A stretch of 64,000 nt of DNA from a virus (IMGVR_UViG_2799112278_000002:1-64000); one strand, 5' to 3'; numbered from the stretch's first letter, positions 44,711 to 52,263 are shown. The notes: generated from the sequence alone by a model not told the origin. Numbers and translations are program-made.

Positions 44711-44787
44711 TGGCAGGGATAACTGGACTCGAACCAGTGCATAAGCGGTTAACAGCCGCTTGCCTTACCTTGCTTGGCTATATCCCT
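44711..44787 (-). tRNA. tRNA-Asn(GTT)
   Basis: AGGGATA/TATCCCT acceptor, AGCGG-CTGTTAA-CCGCT anticodon arm, ACTGG-TTCGAGT-CCAGT T arm, G73, CCA. Confidence 0.9.
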
Positions 44788-44795
44788 ACATTCTT

Positions 44796-44962
44796 AACCC
44801 CCAAGGGGTTCGCCGGAATGAGCGGTACCGGCATGTACACTCTCTCATTGTCCGGCGCTTTATTTGCAGCATATGCCGCGACTTTCTTATCCGCTGCTTC
44901 TACATCTTCCCCCCAGACCTAAACCTGAGGCTTCAAAGCAATGCAGATATACACGGCATATG
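44796..44962 (-). ncRNA. Candidate structured RNA (three hairpins) upstream of the tRNAs
   Basis: Hand-paired stems 44870-44962, 44811-44857 and 44796-44810, with several G-U pairs on the minus strand. Confidence 0.5.
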
Positions 44963-44975
44963 GGGCGCTTACTGT

Positions 44976-45224
44976 TTATTGGTCTGGATTTATCTTTGCT
45001 TCCAACCAGGCCATAAGATCATTTACAGCAACTTGTTCCAGGCTCCCCGGTATCTTCTTGGTATTCAGTTGCACCATGGCCCCGAGGTTGTACACCGGAA
45101 CATCAAGGACATATCTGTCACCGCGTTCTCTATGCGCCTCATTAGCTAAAAAGATAATGCCGATTAGTTTATCATCTTCTTTGACAAGATACAGACCATC
45201 CTGCACTTTTGAACACCTTATCAT
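44976..45224 (-). CDS. Hypothetical protein
   Basis: 82 aa; ATGA-coupled to the ACP gene. Confidence 0.55.
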   Translation of the reverse strand: MIRCSKVQDGLYLVKEDDKLIGIIFLANEAHRERGDRYVLDVPVYNLGAMVQLNTKKIPGSLEQVAVNDLMAWLEAKINPDQ

Positions 45225-45445
45225 TTTGAGGTTTGCCGCTTATCGATATATTCAACAACCTGGCCAACTGTTTTAAGTTTTTCGGCCTCTTCATCCGGCA
45301 CTACTTCCAACTCCATGAAGAGCCCCGCCAGATCCAGTGAATCGGCACCAAGATCCTCAATAAGTTTAGCGTCCATAGTCACATCTACTTCATCCACACA
45401 AAGGCAATCGACTATAACTTCTCTTACCTTTTCAAACGTATTCAT
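45221..45445 (-). CDS. Acyl carrier protein-like
   Basis: FEKVREVIVD.L.VDE..V..DA....DLGADSLD..PDEEAEKLKTVGQVVEYI. Confidence 0.88.
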   Translation of the reverse strand: MNTFEKVREVIVDCLCVDEVDVTMDAKLIEDLGADSLDLAGLFMELEVVPDEEAEKLKTVGQVVEYIDKRQTSK

Positions 45446-45634
45446 ATATATCATCCTTTCGGCAACTTACATCGGTGCCAGCCATCCCCTACTGGCACCA
45501 TATATAAAAAAGGAGGAGGTACCTTTCACGAAGGCTGCTCAATCCCCGCGAAAGCGAAATAAGCTATCGGCTATACTCTCACAAACCCAGTATATCTTAG
45601 TTACATAGGGGTTTTGGGGTACCCTAAAACATTT

Positions 45635-45964
45635 TTATTGAAATCTTCCACCTGGAACATAATCAGCTTCCTTTTTATCACAGAACCGCTTCTTGAAATC
45701 CGGGAAGTGTTTCTCAACTACCCTCCACACTGCTTCCTCATCTGTCGCATCAATTACCGCACAAATTGCACAATCATCACGGCCGGAATCGTCGTTTCGA
45801 TCACTGTATCCGCTTATCCAGAATTTAAAAGGAGGCTTAGTGCAACCTTCATCAGCATAATTACCAGAGTACCAGCTGGCCCAAAACCTTTGCATATGCT
45901 GTTCCTCCATCAGTATTTTATTGGCCTCATCGTTTCTTGATGCCACCTTGCCGTTTTTAGACAT
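45635..45964 (-). CDS. Hypothetical protein
   Basis: 109-aa ORF in the operon. Confidence 0.6.
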   Translation of the reverse strand: MSKNGKVASRNDEANKILMEEQHMQRFWASWYSGNYADEGCTKPPFKFWISGYSDRNDDSGRDDCAICAVIDATDEEAVWRVVEKHFPDFKKRFCDKKEADYVPGGRFQ

Positions 45965-46146
45965 TCATGTCGGTACGCAGCATGATTAGCTGCTTCTCTT
46001 ATTTCAACGGGAGTAAGTTGATTCGATTCAATCAGTCCCACCAGAACATCTACTACACTACGGAACATCTGATCATTGGCATACCGGTATTCAGGAGTTA
46101 AATTAATGTCCTCACCGCATCTTGAACACTTCGGCATTACAGGCAC
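45910..46146 (-). CDS. Hypothetical protein
   Basis: 78-aa ORF with a CxxC. Confidence 0.5.
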   Translation of the reverse strand: MPVMPKCSRCGEDINLTPEYRYANDQMFRSVVDVLVGLIESNQLTPVEIREAANHAAYRHECLKTARWHQETMRPIKY

Positions 46147-46646
46147 CCCCTACGTTGCGCAACTCTAACCGTGATATTAATGACATCCTTCCACCAGCTT
46201 TTGACCGTCTTCTCAGCTGGCAAATGATAATAACCATATTGCTTCTCGATCAAGTTGCAATATTGCTTTGCCGTCTCAGCAACCCATCCCGGCCGCCCCT
46301 GTTTTGCATCATAATAGGTTATTTCAGCCTGACGCCGAGCTTCCAGAAATATAAGCTTTTTAGGTGAGAGCACCTTATATACATCTTCAATCGTCATGAT
46401 CCAAATGTTTTGCTGACTTAATTCAACCAGGCCAATTGCCTTATCCTCGGCTGGACGGCCAACATCTGAACCTTTTGGCATACCGGTGTACAATGTTGCA
46501 GCCACTTCGCTTGCATATTCACCATTCGTGTTGTACATCTTTGCCATGCTTTCAAAATAAGCTTTGCGCTTATCAGGGAAATTAAGCAACCATTCAGCAG
46601 CCTGCTTATCTTGTTCATTCATTTCATCCCATGTTAACGGTTTCAT
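46137..46646 (-). CDS. ArpU/RinA-like late transcriptional activator
   Basis: GSDVGRPAEDKAIGL..C-terminal helical HTH-like region; position before the late operon. Confidence 0.6.
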   Translation of the reverse strand: MKPLTWDEMNEQDKQAAEWLLNFPDKRKAYFESMAKMYNTNGEYASEVAATLYTGMPKGSDVGRPAEDKAIGLVELSQQNIWIMTIEDVYKVLSPKKLIFLEARRQAEITYYDAKQGRPGWVAETAKQYCNLIEKQYGYYHLPAEKTVKSWWKDVINITVRVAQRRGCL

Positions 46647-46837
46647 TTGGCCTCTGCCTTATTCTGGGCTTTCTTTTTAATGTACTTATCTTTTAGCCTC
46701 TTAAATGCGTATACCGGCAAAGCACATATTACGATTAAAAATGCAATAATTAACATAATCAGAAAAAAAGCAGTGCCAACCCAAACAGGAGAACTTATTG
46801 CTAGTCCAACAATAGTAACTGCCGTCGGCCATTCCAC
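46643..46837 (-). CDS. Small membrane protein
   Basis: Long hydrophobic segment plus basic tail. Confidence 0.5.
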   Translation of the reverse strand: MEWPTAVTIVGLAISSPVWVGTAFFLIMLIIAFLIVICALPVYAFKRLKDKYIKKKAQNKAEAK

Positions 46838-46839
46838 AA

Positions 46840-46995
46840 TTATCTAACTCCTTTCTCCTTTGGTTTCCATCCAGGACGTTCTATATTGGAACCACACTTT
46901 AAGCAAGAAGGTACTCTTGGCATTACTTCGCCCAGCACCGGCACTTTCCAATACTTACAGGTACCACATACTCTTAAAATTTGATTATCCAGCAC
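46840..46995 (-). CDS. Small CxxC..CxxC protein, not in the ORF track
   Basis: MLDNQILRVCGTCKYW..CLKCGSNIERPGWKPKEKGVR. Confidence 0.45.
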   Translation of the reverse strand: MLDNQILRVCGTCKYWKVPVLGEVMPRVPSCLKCGSNIERPGWKPKEKGVR

Positions 46996-47007
46996 GTCGA
47001 AATCCCC

Positions 47008-47451
47008 TTAATTTGAATCTTTCCAATCCCCGTAAAGCATACGCCCTTTGAATTTCAAAGTGTTTTCCACGGCTTCAAGGTCTGCTCGGAGATTTTTAAG
47101 TTTCTCATATGTTCCGGCAGCAGCAGCCTCATCCCGGCGCTTTTGTCGCATTGCCGCTTCCGCTTCCATATCCAGCTGCTTAGCAGTAAAAGACTTTTTT
47201 GTTTCAATATAATCTAAGTGCCTTTTAGTCCATTCACTGGCAGTATCAGATTTGCGATCTCCTTCTGCCATTTTACTTATTTCCAGTGCTTCACCAGCCA
47301 ACTCGCCAACTCTAACCTTCACAGCTGAAATATATTGCAGTTTCTTTAATATAAATTCTTTCGATGTAATTGTTTGATTCTCAAGCGCTGCTATTGCCGC
47401 ATAGACTCCACGGAGCGCCATAACTGACTTTTGCACTTCTTCTAGTGTCAT
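47008..47451 (-). CDS. Coiled-coil hypothetical protein (UvsY-like pattern, weak)
   Basis: All-helical, 147 aa. Confidence 0.5.
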   Translation of the reverse strand: MTLEEVQKSVMALRGVYAAIAALENQTITSKEFILKKLQYISAVKVRVGELAGEALEISKMAEGDRKSDTASEWTKRHLDYIETKKSFTAKQLDMEAEAAMRQKRRDEAAAAGTYEKLKNLRADLEAVENTLKFKGRMLYGDWKDSN

Positions 47452-47463
47452 ACTTTGCCCTCG

Positions 47464-48033
47464 CTATAACTTGTATAAAAACAACTCTTCCCCTATCGGT
47501 AACGGACAATCATCTTTCCATTGCAGTTTCCGCACAACATCCCATGCCGAAAAATCAATATTCGAAAAGTCATATCGTTCATATAACCGGCCATCAATCG
47601 CAAGCCGCAGCTGCCTATCAGAGAATATTTGCAAGAACTTAGATAGCTGCTTTAATTCGTTTATTTCCTTATCCCCGGCTTCGTTGTGAACCGTGAAATG
47701 CAAACCATTTAATAGCGCCTTAAACCCTCCAGTTGAGCGCCTTAGCAGTTCAACATACACCTCGCGCAACGTATGATTATACAATGCAGAGTACATATAA
47801 ATCAGCCCAGAATAATTCATCCCGCGCAGAGTTTGGCAAAATTCAATTACCTTTTCAGGTATAAGCATTGGCTCCCCGCCTGATATAATCACTTCATCGT
47901 ACTGCAGCAGCTGATCAATGCTTGATAGCGCCGCTATATTATTTAGAGTCAAATTATCATTGCAGCATCCCTCACAGGAACGCGGACAGTCCAATGTTAC
48001 TAATACCCTTGCTTTCATAGAAACAATCCTCAC
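47464..48033 (-). CDS. Short radical SAM protein
   Basis: CPRSCEGCCN (CxxxCxxC) and IISGGEP. Confidence 0.8.
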   Translation of the reverse strand: MRIVSMKARVLVTLDCPRSCEGCCNDNLTLNNIAALSSIDQLLQYDEVIISGGEPMLIPEKVIEFCQTLRGMNYSGLIYMYSALYNHTLREVYVELLRRSTGGFKALLNGLHFTVHNEAGDKEINELKQLSKFLQIFSDRQLRLAIDGRLYERYDFSNIDFSAWDVVRKLQWKDDCPLPIGEELFLYKL

Positions 48034-48431
48034 TTCGTATCCGGATACCGTTTATAAAGATAATCCAAACAAAACTGCCGTAGCTCTTGGCTATCAGGCC
48101 CATTATGCCGCCGGTAGTGGCACGGGTTCACCGGCGCATCCTGGCATAGCATTACCATGTCTTCTTTCCGGTCCTTACCACCCCGGCCCTTTGGCTTCTC
48201 ATGGTGTGGTATCGTACCTTGCGGAATCGGCCGGCCACAATAAATGCAGCGCTTTTTATCCCTCTTCCAAATGAATTCATAGAGTTCTATTAACTCATCA
48301 CCATATAAGCGCCCCGGTTTCTTCTTTTTACTTTTGGCTTTAATCCTTCCCCGGGACTTTAACGAAGCTCGACTGCTCAGCCTGGTTTTAGCTTGCAGCG
48401 AGCTTCGCCTTTTCAATGGAGTTTGCTTCAT
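48030..48431 (-). CDS. HNH-family endonuclease
   Basis: CIYCG..HHEKPKGRGG..VMLC..PCH. Confidence 0.75.
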   Translation of the reverse strand: MKQTPLKRRSSLQAKTRLSSRASLKSRGRIKAKSKKKKPGRLYGDELIELYEFIWKRDKKRCIYCGRPIPQGTIPHHEKPKGRGGKDRKEDMVMLCQDAPVNPCHYRRHNGPDSQELRQFCLDYLYKRYPDTK

Positions 48432-48522
48432 TTACTCCACTTGCCGCAGCGGTTACACTGCGAGAACCGGTAAGGCGGGTATTTATTCCCTAATATCAGG
48501 CAGATTATTTTACGTACCAAGA

Positions 48523-48840
48523 TCATACTAACTTCAAGTTGCCAAGCTGGCTTTCAATAATTGAACATACTTCTTCGAGTCGGATATTGCTTGCCTCAAC
48601 GTCGTTTATTAACTCTCGCAAATTTTCTTCAAGCGTATTACATTGCGTAGTATCGCAATTCGCCGCCTGACACTTTATAGGTTCAGGCCTGGCGACAGAA
48701 TCCATCAAATCACGTGATAATTGCCGATTTCTAATAACACGATCTCTGAGTTGATTAAGAAACGATTCCACCGTAGCCACCTTCGTGCTTATTGGGCCTG
48801 AATTACCTATGCCGCAAGCACCTAGTATTTCATTTCTCAC
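48523..48840 (-). CDS. Hypothetical coiled-coil protein
   Basis: GTG start with a GGGGGAG RBS. Confidence 0.55.
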   Translation of the reverse strand: MRNEILGACGIGNSGPISTKVATVESFLNQLRDRVIRNRQLSRDLMDSVARPEPIKCQAANCDTTQCNTLEENLRELINDVEASNIRLEEVCSIIESQLGNLKLV

Positions 48841-48895
48841 TTTATCTCCCCCTTATTTTTGCGTTGAACCTATTATAAAACAAGTCCATTTCCTA

Positions 48896-48912
48896 TTTCG
48901 GAAATTCCGAAA
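48896..48912. promoter_or_regulatory. Palindromic operator candidate upstream of a TATAAT
   Basis: TTTCGGAA-A-TTCCGAAA; minus-strand TATAAT at 48872-48877. Confidence 0.45.
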
Positions 48913-48989
48913 CAATATTTTTAAAAAATGATAATATAAAAAAAGCCGCCCAACCTTGTGTTAGGCGACTGCTGCATATTCTCATATTT

Positions 48990-49181
48990 TTAATAGTTAT
49001 CAATAAAATCCATTGCCTCCTGTAACGAACCAGCATCCCATTCAGATGATCTTAGGTTAGCGGGATAATCCAATTCCTCCGGGGTATAGCAGCGGAAAAT
49101 TATGTGTTCAACACCGTCGCCGCTGCGCTCAATATCCTGTTTGATTGCCCAGCCTTTATATTTCCGTGTTATCTTACGCAC
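48990..49181 (-). CDS. Small hypothetical protein (cassette array, gene 4)
   Basis: AAGGAGG RBS and GTG start. Confidence 0.6.
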   Translation of the reverse strand: MRKITRKYKGWAIKQDIERSGDGVEHIIFRCYTPEELDYPANLRSSEWDAGSLQEAMDFIDNY

Positions 49182-49217
49182 TTATTATTCCTCCTTGTGG
49201 CGGGGCTGTTAGCCCTG

Positions 49218-49298
49218 TCACTCTGCGTTATATTTACGCCACTCTTCGCGGCATTGCAGGAAAACGCGTAACGACATCCATTTATATCCCTTTTTCAT
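49218..49298 (-). CDS. 26-aa peptide ending YNAE-stop (cassette array, gene 3)
   Basis: AAGGAGG RBS; MKKGYKWMSLRVFLQCREEWRKYNAE. Confidence 0.5.
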   Translation of the reverse strand: MKKGYKWMSLRVFLQCREEWRKYNAE

Positions 49299-49350
49299 AT
49301 TCATCCTCCTTAGTTGACCCCGCTTGCCGCATTACCGGCCCCGGAGGCCG

Positions 49351-49653
49351 TCACTCTGCGTTATAGGTGTAGCCTAATACTGATTTTGAGTAAATGGCCT
49401 TATCGGTTTTGGCTAAAGTGCGACTGCCTGCAAAAACTGCATATTCATAATTTCCTTCTGACCATTTGTAAACCAATGACTGGTTATAATCTATTGTCCT
49501 ACTGCGATAACGCTCCATTCCTGACTTACGAATAAGACCTAACAGCCAGTTTAATTGTTTGTCCGAAAGTTTCATTCTTGCAGTACCGTAACAATCCGGC
49601 TTGCGTTGGCCGGTAAACATATTAGCCAATTCGGTGTGTGTCATCGCTATCAT
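49351..49653 (-). CDS. Hypothetical protein ending YNAE-stop (cassette array, gene 2)
   Basis: 100 aa; GAAAGGA RBS. Confidence 0.6.
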   Translation of the reverse strand: MIAMTHTELANMFTGQRKPDCYGTARMKLSDKQLNWLLGLIRKSGMERYRSRTIDYNQSLVYKWSEGNYEYAVFAGSRTLAKTDKAIYSKSVLGYTYNAE

Positions 49654-49715
49654 TCCTTTCGTCTGGCTGTGGTTGTGACCGTCTGCCTGCCAGCATTAGG
49701 CCGGGATAACCCGGC

Positions 49716-49868
49716 TCACTCTGCTTTAATCTTGTTCAGCCTTTCGGCTGCTCGTTCCGCGTCATCGCGGGTGTGGTGCCTGCTTTCCGTGTTGTAATTT
49801 ACGTCAACGACTACCCATCTATATCCGCAATGATACAAGCTTGGGTTAGCAACTGCTCTGTATACCAT
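49716..49868 (-). CDS. 50-aa protein ending IKAE-stop (cassette array, gene 1)
   Basis: GGAGG RBS; MVYRAVANPSLYHCGYRW..AERLNKIKAE. Confidence 0.6.
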   Translation of the reverse strand: MVYRAVANPSLYHCGYRWVVVDVNYNTESRHHTRDDAERAAERLNKIKAE

Positions 49869-49996
49869 CGTTACCGCCTCCGTTTATTTATCTTGATTTA
49901 ATTATAAACTAAGATATTTATAAATGTCAATAATTCTTATAAATATTTTTATTGATTTATAAATTAAGATATTGTAGTATGATAGTTGGAGGGGAT

Positions 49997-50251
49997 ATGA
50001 TGCCAAGATCGCCAAGAGTGCCAAAAGAAGAAGCCTTGCAAATTGAATTTGAATTTAAAAAGCATATAAATGCTGCCGGAAGCAATGTTACCGACACTGT
50101 ACGCCGCTTAAATGAAGAATACGGCACCACAGAAACTCCGCAGGCCGTAACTCAACAGCTAAAGAATGGTACAATGCCAGTATGGAAGCAAAATCGCATT
50201 GCTAAGGTACTGGGTTTTAAGATCAAATGGGAACGGGAGGAAGAAAGATGA
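49997..50251 (+). CDS. Small HTH-like DNA-binding protein
   Basis: VTDTVRRLNEEYG..TPQAVTQQLKNGT..IAKVLGFKIKW; GGAGGGG RBS. Confidence 0.65.
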   Translation: MMPRSPRVPKEEALQIEFEFKKHINAAGSNVTDTVRRLNEEYGTTETPQAVTQQLKNGTMPVWKQNRIAKVLGFKIKWEREEER

Positions 50252-50394
50252 GCCTAAATAACGAAATAAAAAAACTACCCCGAAGTCAGGGGCAGATAGA
50301 TGAAATGATGATAATTGAACTCATTGGCATAGAAAAATACGATGCTTTGCTTAAAATGGGTTTTGTGATAGTAAGAAAAGAACCCCAGCAATAG
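50248..50394 (+). CDS. 48-aa hypothetical protein
   Basis: ATGA-coupled to the HTH gene and followed by a terminator. Confidence 0.45.
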   Translation: MSLNNEIKKLPRSQGQIDEMMIIELIGIEKYDALLKMGFVIVRKEPQQ

Positions 50395-50406
50395 CCGGGG
50401 TAATGT

Positions 50407-50437
50407 CGCTCATCCTTCGGGGTGGGCGTTTTTTTGT
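50407..50437 (+). terminator. Intrinsic terminator
   Basis: CGCTCATCC-TTCG-GGGTGGGCG-TTTTTTT. Confidence 0.8.
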
Positions 50438-50450
50438 ATTTTATTACCAC

Positions 50451-50501
50451 TTTACAAAGGAGAACATTTGTTCTAAAATGACAATGCTAAAACATATGTT
50501 C
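50451..50501 (+). promoter_or_regulatory. SigA promoter with two Firmicute LexA (Cheo) boxes
   Basis: TTTACA-17nt-TAAAAT; GAACATTTGTTC (50462-50473) in the spacer and AAACATATGTTC (50490-50501). Confidence 0.82.
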
Positions 50502-50517
50502 TATTGAGGTGGTAAGT

Positions 50518-50751
50518 GTGACAGATAAAAAATTCGTGGACGTAACAGCGAAGCATAGCCGGGACGGTAAAGTAAAGCTACTGTCAATAACGTGGGAAGA
50601 TGGGAAGGAATACAGTGTTGATCGGGTGCTGGATGTGAGAATGGCTGCTGCTCTTAAAGCTGGGGGCCAGGGCATGCGATATACTTGCCGAATTCATGGT
50701 CGAGAAGTCTACTTGTTCTTCGATGAAGGTCGCTTTTTTATTGAAAGTTGA
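50518..50751 (+). CDS. Small partner protein of Y-family polymerase
   Basis: ITWEDG..Y.VDRVLDVR.AAALKAGGQG.RYTC.I, the usual neighbour of Firmicute UmuC/DinB-like genes. Confidence 0.75.
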   Translation: MTDKKFVDVTAKHSRDGKVKLLSITWEDGKEYSVDRVLDVRMAAALKAGGQGMRYTCRIHGREVYLFFDEGRFFIES

Positions 50752-50810
50752 AGGTCACATTATAGATGTGGCCTTTTTATTCTATGTTTGCTCGAGGGGG
50801 TAATCGCAAT

Positions 50811-52049
50811 ATGAGCCGTACCATTCTCCATATCGATCTAAATAACTTTTACGCCTCCGTCGAATGCCTGTATAACCCAGAAATCCGTGATAAGCCAGTA
50901 ATCGTATGCGGCGATGCAGAAGCCAGGCACGGCATTGTCCTTGCCAAAAACGGACCGGCAAAAGCCATGGGAGTTAAAACCGGCGATGTAATTTGGCAGG
51001 CCAAACTCAAATGCCCAGGCTTAATTGCGGTACCGGCAGACTTCCGCAAGTACCTGCGTTTTTCTCGCCTGGCCAAGTCAATATACGCTGACTATACAGA
51101 CCGCATCGAAGCATTTGGCATTGATGAGTGTTGGCTGGATATAACAGGTACGGAGCAGATTTTCGGGGATGGTGAAGCTGTGGCAAATAAAATACGACAC
51201 CGCTTCAAAGAAGAATTGGGCCTCACGGCTTCAGTCGGTGTCTCCTGGAGCAAGATTTTTTCTAAGCTCGGCAGCGATATGAAAAAACCGGATGCAACTA
51301 CTGTCATTACTCCGGAGAACTTTCGTGAAAAAGTATGGCCTCTGCCGGTGGGCGATTTATTATATGTCGGCCGATCCACACGAAAGAAGCTCCAGAACCG
51401 TGCGATATTAACCATTGGCGATTTAGCGAATCGAGACATACATAGCCTACGCCTGCTGCTGGGCGTATGGGGCGAAACACTTTGGCATTTTGCGAACGGA
51501 CTTGATACGGCGCCAGTGAAATTTCTTGGCGAAAAAAGCATTGTTAAATCTGTTGGCAACAGCACCACTGCTGTGCGAGATCTACAGAATAATGAAGATG
51601 TCAAAATGCTTGTTTTCGTCTTAGCTGAAAGCGTTGCGGCTCGCCTCCGGGAGCATGGACTAAAATGTACAACTGTATCGATCAGCGTCCGAGACAAAGA
51701 ACTCAATACGTTTGACCGTCAGGGTAAGTTATCTATGCCGACGTTTCTTTCTGGGGACATTGCCCAAAAAGCGCTCGATTTGTTTGCTGCAAACTACCGA
51801 TGGGATAAATCGATCCGGAGCATTGGTGTTCGGGGAGCCGACCTGGTAACGGCTGACGGCCATATTCAGTTAGACCTATTTAGCAAGGATCAAAGACAAA
51901 TGGAAAGGTTGGAAGCCACGATCGATACAATCCGCAGACGCTTTGGACAATACAGTCTGCAGCGCTGTACAATGCTGTTCGACAAGCGCCTAACTGGCTT
52001 TAATCCCCGTGAGGAACATGTTATTCATCCTGTTTCATACTTTAAATAA
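50811..52049 (+). CDS. Y-family translesion DNA polymerase (DinB/UmuC-like)
   Basis: ILHIDLNNFYASVE, IDECWLD, SKLGSDMKKPD, SIRSIGVR. Confidence 0.93.
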   Translation: MSRTILHIDLNNFYASVECLYNPEIRDKPVIVCGDAEARHGIVLAKNGPAKAMGVKTGDVIWQAKLKCPGLIAVPADFRKYLRFSRLAKSIYADYTDRIEAFGIDECWLDITGTEQIFGDGEAVANKIRHRFKEELGLTASVGVSWSKIFSKLGSDMKKPDATTVITPENFREKVWPLPVGDLLYVGRSTRKKLQNRAILTIGDLANRDIHSLRLLLGVWGETLWHFANGLDTAPVKFLGEKSIVKSVGNSTTAVRDLQNNEDVKMLVFVLAESVAARLREHGLKCTTVSISVRDKELNTFDRQGKLSMPTFLSGDIAQKALDLFAANYRWDKSIRSIGVRGADLVTADGHIQLDLFSKDQRQMERLEATIDTIRRRFGQYSLQRCTMLFDKRLTGFNPREEHVIHPVSYFK

Positions 52050-52050
52050 A

Positions 52051-52074
52051 AAATAGCTGCCTTAGCAGCTATTT
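52051..52074. terminator. Bidirectional terminator
   Basis: AAATAGCTGC-CTTA-GCAGCTATTT between convergent genes. Confidence 0.75.
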
Positions 52075-52077
52075 CTT

Positions 52078-52263
52078 TTATACCCATTTCCTACTTATGC
52101 CAAGCTTTCGCACCAAAGTTCGAATACGCCTATCTGAATAGCCCAATATTTCAGCTGCTATTTCAACACTTCCGTACTTATTTAATGCATCAACAAGTAT
52201 CCCTCGTATCGGCTGGCCGTACTCTTTTTCAAGAGCTCTTGCTTTGCTCAAATTCTTCACCAC
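52078..52263 (-). CDS. Small Fis-type HTH protein
   Basis: ALNKYGSVEIAAEILGYSDRRIRTLVRKLGI. Confidence 0.65.
   Translation of the reverse strand: MVKNLSKARALEKEYGQPIRGILVDALNKYGSVEIAAEILGYSDRRIRTLVRKLGISRKWV

Larger units (their letters stand above)
49201..49730 (-). repeat. Three copies of a GCAGAGTGA + hairpin element at gene ends
   Basis: Copies at ~49201-49232, 49315-49365 and 49675-49730; TATAACGCAGAGTGAC is exact in two of them. Confidence 0.8.

Noticed and set aside
44880-44945. Intact SRP (4.5S) RNA
   Set aside because: The GNRA tetraloop and the CAGG/AGCA internal-loop residues are altered, and a competing stem pairs better. It is kept only as a loose resemblance.
47464-48033. 7-deazaguanine modification pathway (QueE)
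   Set aside because: No queC, queD, folE or dpdA genes are in the window.
49201-49730. CRISPR array
   Set aside because: The repeats are short and unevenly spaced, the hairpin sequences differ, and the intervals are protein-coding genes.
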